From: an uncultured Ruminococcus sp.
Lineage (GTDB): Bacteria; Bacillota; Clostridia; Oscillospirales; CAG-272
Reading direction: 5' to 3'
Assembly: GCA_964494135.1 (NCBI GenBank)
Contig: CAZBQN010000006.1
Span: 2,806-66,805, forward strand
Length of the DNA: 64,000 nt
Shown here: piece by piece, positions 60,001-64,000 of the stretch
Layout of the letters: every line of letters begins with the position of its first letter
How positions within the stretch are numbered: the first letter of the stretch is position 1
The notes under the pieces: generated by a model
Databases searched by the model: none
Seen by the model: the letters and a program-made list of their open reading frames with translations, nothing else
What the model was told of the DNA's origin: nothing
Made by a program: the position numbers and the translations under genes

Positions 60001-60781
60001 TGATGAAAGTCTTAATAAGTACTACGGCGTTAAATACGATACGTGGCTTGAATCCATTGCGTCGTCTTATACGAAGCTCAACTGGGCTATCGGAGATCTT
60101 CAGACCTTTGAAATCGTCAATCATGCTCATCTTATAGCAGAGCGTGACATTGAAGACGAGGAATGGGTCAATAATACCAAGGCGCTTCTCAACGAGTTCG
60201 TTTCCCTGGTTGATACGGCAATTCAGAACGCGGTAAACGCGGCGTATGAAGAAATGTTTGAGAACCCTGCGGAAATCGGCAGAGCGGTAAAAGTGATAGT
60301 TGACGTAGACGCACTTATTGCTCAGGCAATTTCCGAGATTAACGTTTCCGATGTCATCTATGGCGAAGTTATAGATGAAGAATCGCTCAGCAGGTATGAA
60401 ATAGAACTCCGTGAGTTCTGGAACAGCTTTGTAAGCACGCTTAACGATACGGTAAATAAATATACCGATTACTATACCGGTGCAAACGATGCCGATCCTT
60501 ACGTTGTAAATGTAGGCAGAATAGAGTACCGCAGCGCTTACAAGTACGTAACCGATTCCAAGGCTACCGATTCGGATTACAAGACTACCGTCTACACGGT
60601 AGACAACAACAAGGTAACTATGATCACTTACAGAAACAGCGAGACAGGCGAAGAGGTAAGCTTCGTGCTTAACTACAACATTTACTCGGTAAAAGTTTCT
60701 CTTGCCGACGGCGAGAGCTTCATACTTCCCAAGTACGGTTTCGTAAGAATTGATGAGGAGGGAACACACTTCTATGGATAA
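57086..60781 (+). CDS. 1231-aa secreted protein of unknown function (DUF5696-like or glycosidase-like core suspected)
   Basis: Signal peptide ending VNAFAAHS and no other TM helix or sortase motif. Central blocks (YAFVPDGSGSIIEF, MPVFGL, GFFAVLEEGSALAKIYA, FKLTGFANNGMYYTYP, STLGSDLNSNF) recall a family I remember as DUF5696. GGAGGAG SD. Confidence 0.6.
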   Translation: MKKNRIISSLLAVLMLLTMVLTLIPVNAFAAHSPSSVTSDAKTAEEIAAIVNGMSSYKYSSADKALAAELSAGYLDYVSSAAGEYTLYVNRYTGVLYYKNNKTGEILTSNPYDLSGVNGVENMNRLTSQIYIEYTEITSGKTSALFSSKDAAARAQIKLSRIDGGIRVSYTLGDTSRRVLLPAIMTAEVFEEKIFRPTIEYYESLVYEHFSEEFWETMPWYKKFVSFYSTDNIYDLDHRENHPTFVREGVLNESAISSYFSNNAKIFESLNGDPSISAENKDYCVELMNLANDIKANLFAMYYCYDPENPPENTDVKDMYNSIPETESGQAFYVFGNVGIKPSETDFKKASNMLSECCPEYTFEDMYEDEAASSKPPYTLEETNPVFRCSLEYTFNSDGSLSVRLPANSITFDETVYNLDSISPLQFFGSGYLNDYGYAFVPDGSGSIIEFEEFYTPGVNREQITVRLYLTTYGLDYCYSYLDSMATRPYEQVTMPVFGLVSTQKAPTAISNVTGKDTMQTGFFAVLEEGSALAKIYADFGGSMYNIGGAYASFNPYPSDTFTYDDGNEFDIVSKSKYTGSYVTRYVMLSDPDYTATVQDGYEATYVGMASYYREYLKETGVLEPLRNLNEQLPLYIEALGSMEKVEQIATFPVTFDVPLTTFDDVITMYKDLAQVKQVLTEKAKEYEDKSLMPGDANDVEAQKYYALAEKVINMNNVNFKLTGFANNGMYYTYPVKLDWESACGGRDGFINLISTAKQISEGEGNFGVFPEFDFMYINNTALFDGIDNKDNVSKMVDDRYGSKKVYNPVSSEFETFYAMIISPDVLDKHYSTFFNKYSEYNIGSISVSTLGSDLNSNFDRDNSINRDEARVYVENLLDRIAGDYDVMISTGNIYALAYADHVLDICIDSTHFNVSSYPIPFTGLVLHSYVNYTGSAMNYSGSPDYDLLLSIENGASLYYILCYQNEELMKDDESLNKYYGVKYDTWLESIASSYTKLNWAIGDLQTFEIVNHAHLIAERDIEDEEWVNNTKALLNEFVSLVDTAIQNAVNAAYEEMFENPAEIGRAVKVIVDVDALIAQAISEINVSDVIYGEVIDEESLSRYEIELREFWNSFVSTLNDTVNKYTDYYTGANDADPYVVNVGRIEYRSAYKYVTDSKATDSDYKTTVYTVDNNKVTMITYRNSETGEEVSFVLNYNIYSVKVSLADGESFILPKYGFVRIDEEGTHFYG

Positions 60782-61700
60782 GCCATTAAAAATCAAAAAG
60801 CGTAGGGTTTCCCTCGACGCCAGAAAGGCGAGGGCAGGCTACTTCTTCGTAGCCCCCTTCGTCATCGGACTTATACTTGTATACTTCCCCATACTCTTTG
60901 ATTCAATTCTGTCAAGCTTTTTCAGATTGGATTACAGCGCGAGTGATACGGGTGTAAACGTTTTCGTAGGATTTGAATATTACAGTGAAGCACTTTTCGG
61001 AAGCACAAAATTTATTGACAGCCTTAGCGCGGGACTTCAGCAGATGGTGCTTGAGGTTCCTACGATAATCATTTTCTCTCTGTTTATCGCGGTTGTCCTT
61101 AACCAGAAAATGCTCGGCAGAGCGGTGTTCAGAGCAATATTCTTCGTTCCCGTTATTATATCCACGGGACTTATGGTAACCATTAACGCACAGGATATTG
61201 CTTCGGATTCTATGGCGGGCGGTGTTGACGACGGTTCGGGCGGCGGAATGCTCGACGTTAACTTCGTTGAGGATTTGTTCAGAAATATGGCAATCGGCGG
61301 CGATATGGTCGAGGTTGTCGTAAAGCTGGTAAACCAGATATTTGATATTATCAACTATTCAGGTGTACAGATGCTGATATTCCTTGCGGGCTTGCAGTCG
61401 ATTTCCGAGTCGATTTACGAGGCGTGCCGTATCGACGGTGCGACCGGCTGGGAGACCTTCTGGAAGGTTACGTTCCCCATGATTTCCCCCATGATTCTCG
61501 TTAATGCGATTTATACGGTAATAGACTCGTTTACCAGAAGCGATAACAAGACGATGAACTTTATATCTGTTACCTGCGTCGGTGAGCCCGAGGCGGTAAG
61601 AGCCGCGATGTATTGGATATACTTCCTTGTCGTTATCCTGATACTGGCAGCTGTGGCGGGTATTATATCAACCTTTGTATTCTATCAGAAAAAGGATTAA
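60774..61700 (+). CDS. Second MalF-like CUT1 ABC permease
   Basis: EAA loop YEACRIDGATGWETFWKVTFP. The ATG overlaps the upstream stop (ATGGATAA). An ATG at 60753 is an alternative start. Confidence 0.85.
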   Translation: MDKPLKIKKRRVSLDARKARAGYFFVAPFVIGLILVYFPILFDSILSSFFRLDYSASDTGVNVFVGFEYYSEALFGSTKFIDSLSAGLQQMVLEVPTIIIFSLFIAVVLNQKMLGRAVFRAIFFVPVIISTGLMVTINAQDIASDSMAGGVDDGSGGGMLDVNFVEDLFRNMAIGGDMVEVVVKLVNQIFDIINYSGVQMLIFLAGLQSISESIYEACRIDGATGWETFWKVTFPMISPMILVNAIYTVIDSFTRSDNKTMNFISVTCVGEPEAVRAAMYWIYFLVVILILAAVAGIISTFVFYQKKD

Positions 61701-61715
61701 GGGAGGAGGAAAAGC

Positions 61716-62789
61716 ATGGATTCTACTAACAATGCGGGAACGCAGGTTAAAAAAGAAACGAAAAACAAAATTCGTGTTGATTACGAAGGTAAGCTCTCCC
61801 TTAAGGATAGAATAAAGGCGAAGTTCAAATCATCGTATACATGGATCAGAATAGTCGTCAATATCTTCAGATTTGTTTTGATGGTAGGCGTTTCCTTCGT
61901 TATCATATATCCTTTCATTGCGAGAATTACCGCGTCCTTTATGTCCTTTGAGGACATTCTGGACAAGACGGTTTCGCTGATTCCCAAAAATCCTACGCTG
62001 GAGATATACGAGGCACTTATCGTTGACAACAGATACTTTGAGGCGTTTGCCAATACGTTATTGCTTTCTCTGAGCTGTGCTTTGATACAGATGCTGGTAT
62101 CCTGCCTTGTAGGATACGGACTTGCGAAGTTCAAATTCAAGGGCAATAAGCTGATAATGGCGCTTGTTGTCGTTACTATGATAGTTCCTCACAGTGCTCT
62201 GCGCTTCGCAATGGCTGATAACTTCGGTCAGTTCGACTTCTTCAGAATTCTGACGTTTGATACCGTGGGTCTCATAGAGCTGATAACCGGTTCTCCCATC
62301 AATATGTCAAACACCTACGCTCCCTTGATTATTCTTTCTCTCGGCGGACTTGCATTTAAGAACGGACTTTATATCTACCTTATGCGTCAGTTCTTCAAAG
62401 GCGTTCCCGATGAGCTTGAGGAGTCTGCGTACGTTGACGGTTCGGGTACAATCCGCACCTTCTTCCAGATCATTTTGCCCCTTGCCGTGCCGATGATGAT
62501 TACGGTATTCCTGTTCTCCTTCTCATGGCAGTGGACCGATGATTTCTACACCAAGATATTCTTCGTCGCAGGTGACGGAAGCCCGAATAAGATATATCTT
62601 ATGCCGGACGTATACAGCGTTGTTACTACACGTCTTAATCTTCCCTCCGGAACAACGGGTAAGGCGATGTACGATAACGTTATTCAGAACACCGGCGGTA
62701 TGTTGATTATCGCGCCCCTTATCATTCTTTACCTGTTCTGCCAGAAGTTCCTGGTACAGGGTATCGAGCGTTCGGGTATCACAGGTTAA
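61716..62789 (+). CDS. Second MalG-like CUT1 ABC permease with an N-terminal extension of about 40 aa
   Basis: EAA loop ESAYVDGSGTIRTFFQIILP. GGGAGGAGG SD. Confidence 0.85.
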   Translation: MDSTNNAGTQVKKETKNKIRVDYEGKLSLKDRIKAKFKSSYTWIRIVVNIFRFVLMVGVSFVIIYPFIARITASFMSFEDILDKTVSLIPKNPTLEIYEALIVDNRYFEAFANTLLLSLSCALIQMLVSCLVGYGLAKFKFKGNKLIMALVVVTMIVPHSALRFAMADNFGQFDFFRILTFDTVGLIELITGSPINMSNTYAPLIILSLGGLAFKNGLYIYLMRQFFKGVPDELEESAYVDGSGTIRTFFQIILPLAVPMMITVFLFSFSWQWTDDFYTKIFFVAGDGSPNKIYLMPDVYSVVTTRLNLPSGTTGKAMYDNVIQNTGGMLIIAPLIILYLFCQKFLVQGIERSGITG

Positions 62790-62825
62790 TATCGGATTTA
62801 CCTTACATTTCAGCACAGAGCTGCA

Positions 62826-62866
62826 GTGGCTGTCGCAAAATCTTGCGACAGCCACAATTTTATTTC
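62826..62866 (+). terminator. Intrinsic terminator of the operon, overlapping the stop of the convergent gene
   Basis: GTGGCTGTCGCAA-AATC-TTGCGACAGCCAC, a perfect 13-bp stem, followed by AATTTTATTT. Confidence 0.75.
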
Positions 62867-63972
62867 TTCGTCAGATATTTTCTCATATCAATCGCGCAGG
62901 CGAGCAATATAATCAAGCCCTTTATGATATATAATAGGTTTTGGTCAACCGACAGGAAATTAAGACCCACGAATATTATTTGCAGAAGCAGAACGCCGAT
63001 TACTATACCGCTTATCTTTCCCGTACCGCCGACGAAGGAAACTCCGCCGATAACGCAAGCCGCGATAGCGTCGCTCTCGTAGTTCTGACCGGTGTATGAG
63101 GCAATTGAGCCGATTCGTGCACCCTCAATAAAGCCGGTAATTGCGTACATAATTCCCGCCAGCATAAAAACGCCGAGTATTGTGCGGAATACACTGACGC
63201 CGGATACGTTTGCCGCCTCTTCATTTGCACCTGTGGCGAACATATTTTTACCGAAAACGGTTTTGTTCCATATAACCCACATAATTACAGTTATAATAAT
63301 TGAATACAGTACGTATTTCGGCACTGCGATACCGTCGATATAGAACAATGGACCGCTGATGAAATCCAGGTATGATGCGTCCAGTCCGGACAGAGTCTGT
63401 CCGCCGTTGTTTCCGATCTGCAGGTAGAGAAGAATAACTCCGAATAAAATCAGCTGTGTTGACAGCGTTACGATAAATGGGTGAAGCTTGAATTTCGCAA
63501 CGAAGAAGCCGTTTACGAGTCCTATTACTGCACCTACCGCCATTACTATCAAAAGAGCGACAAATACGGGAAGTGTTCCAAGCCCGGGGAACATTTTTCC
63601 GGCATAACCGGTGGATTGCAGAAGCGATGCGGCAATACAGGCGGTCAGTCCTACGGCGCGCCCTGCGGAAATATCCGTTCCTGTCAGTACAATTGCGCCG
63701 CCGATTCCCAGGGCAATAGGCAGCTTAGCCGCCGTCAGCGAAATAATGTTGATAATCGAGGCAACCGACAGAAATCTGGGCTTCATTATTGCTATAATTA
63801 TAACCGCGGCAATGATAATAATAAACATTGCCCTGCCGATGAGCATTTCGGTTATTGCCTTGCGCTTATCAGCTCTCGGTAATTCGCGGAAGCTGTCGAA
63901 CTTATCCTTCACTTTGCCGAACAGCTTTACGAATATACCGTCATTCATATTTTTGTCTTCATTTTCAGGCAT
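62860..63972 (-). CDS. CUT2-type sugar ABC permease (MglC/RbsC-like)
   Basis: 370 aa with about 10 TM helices and a GGIDLSAG-like block (LTGTDISAGRAVG). GGAGG SD at 63981-63985 (plus-strand coordinates). The partner genes lie beyond the window edge. Confidence 0.8.
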   Translation of the reverse strand: MPENEDKNMNDGIFVKLFGKVKDKFDSFRELPRADKRKAITEMLIGRAMFIIIIAAVIIIAIMKPRFLSVASIINIISLTAAKLPIALGIGGAIVLTGTDISAGRAVGLTACIAASLLQSTGYAGKMFPGLGTLPVFVALLIVMAVGAVIGLVNGFFVAKFKLHPFIVTLSTQLILFGVILLYLQIGNNGGQTLSGLDASYLDFISGPLFYIDGIAVPKYVLYSIIITVIMWVIWNKTVFGKNMFATGANEEAANVSGVSVFRTILGVFMLAGIMYAITGFIEGARIGSIASYTGQNYESDAIAACVIGGVSFVGGTGKISGIVIGVLLLQIIFVGLNFLSVDQNLLYIIKGLIILLACAIDMRKYLTKK

Positions 63973-64000
63973 TTTTAGCCTCCCTCAAAGGTTTTTAGAA

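Noticed and set aside
59675-60796. 373-aa minus-strand ORF opposite the 3' end of the 1231-aa gene
   Set aside because: It is a shadow ORF in a long open antisense frame. The plus-strand gene has the SD, a signal peptide and operon context.

Overview
This 64-kb chromosomal window looks like a Clostridia-type Firmicute. The evidence is a PolC-type replicase, a split transketolase, a nifS-nifU-mnmA cluster and strong GGAGG ribosome-binding sites. About three quarters of it is housekeeping.

Ordinary content:
- A branched-chain amino-acid supraoperon at 8124-20163 (leuA-ilvB-ilvN-ilvC-ilvD-leuC-leuD-leuB-[DUF815-like ATPase]-ilvA), with ilvE just upstream under its own promoter.
- The conserved block pyrH-frr-uppS-cdsA-dxr-rseP-ispG-polC at 28576-39398, preceded by a split transketolase.
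- nifS-nifU and mnmA, a ROK glucokinase, and three ABC exporter genes.
- A left-hand accessory stretch on the minus strand: MscS, a DUF4097 lipoprotein, a CDP-alcohol phosphatidyltransferase, a PspC-domain protein, a DUF3795-like protein, a GNAT acetyltransferase and an alpha/beta hydrolase.

I found no rRNA, tRNA, CRISPR array, transposase, integrase or recognisable defence genes.

The most unusual region is a tightly packed seven-gene plus-strand operon at 49550-62789. It sits behind about 600 bp of AT-rich non-coding DNA, a consensus promoter and a long 5'-UTR hairpin. It encodes:
- a 1149-aa secreted solute-binding protein with a roughly 645-aa N-terminal extension containing two CBM-like modules;
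- two complete pairs of CUT1-type ABC permeases;
- a 735-aa NHL-propeller/TPR/Yip1 membrane fusion;
- a 1231-aa secreted protein with a glycosidase-like or DUF5696-like feel.

The operon has no ATPase and no regulator anywhere in the window.

Smaller oddities:
- a 51-bp in-frame tandem repeat of the mscS 3' end, stop codon included;
- a roughly 250-nt terminator-containing leader behind a consensus promoter at the left edge;
- a probable AUA start codon;
- an M3-peptidase-like lipoprotein without HExxH;
- a translationally coupled operon of three small proteins;
- structured RNA between ilvD and leuC.

All family assignments come from reading motifs by eye. No database search was run.
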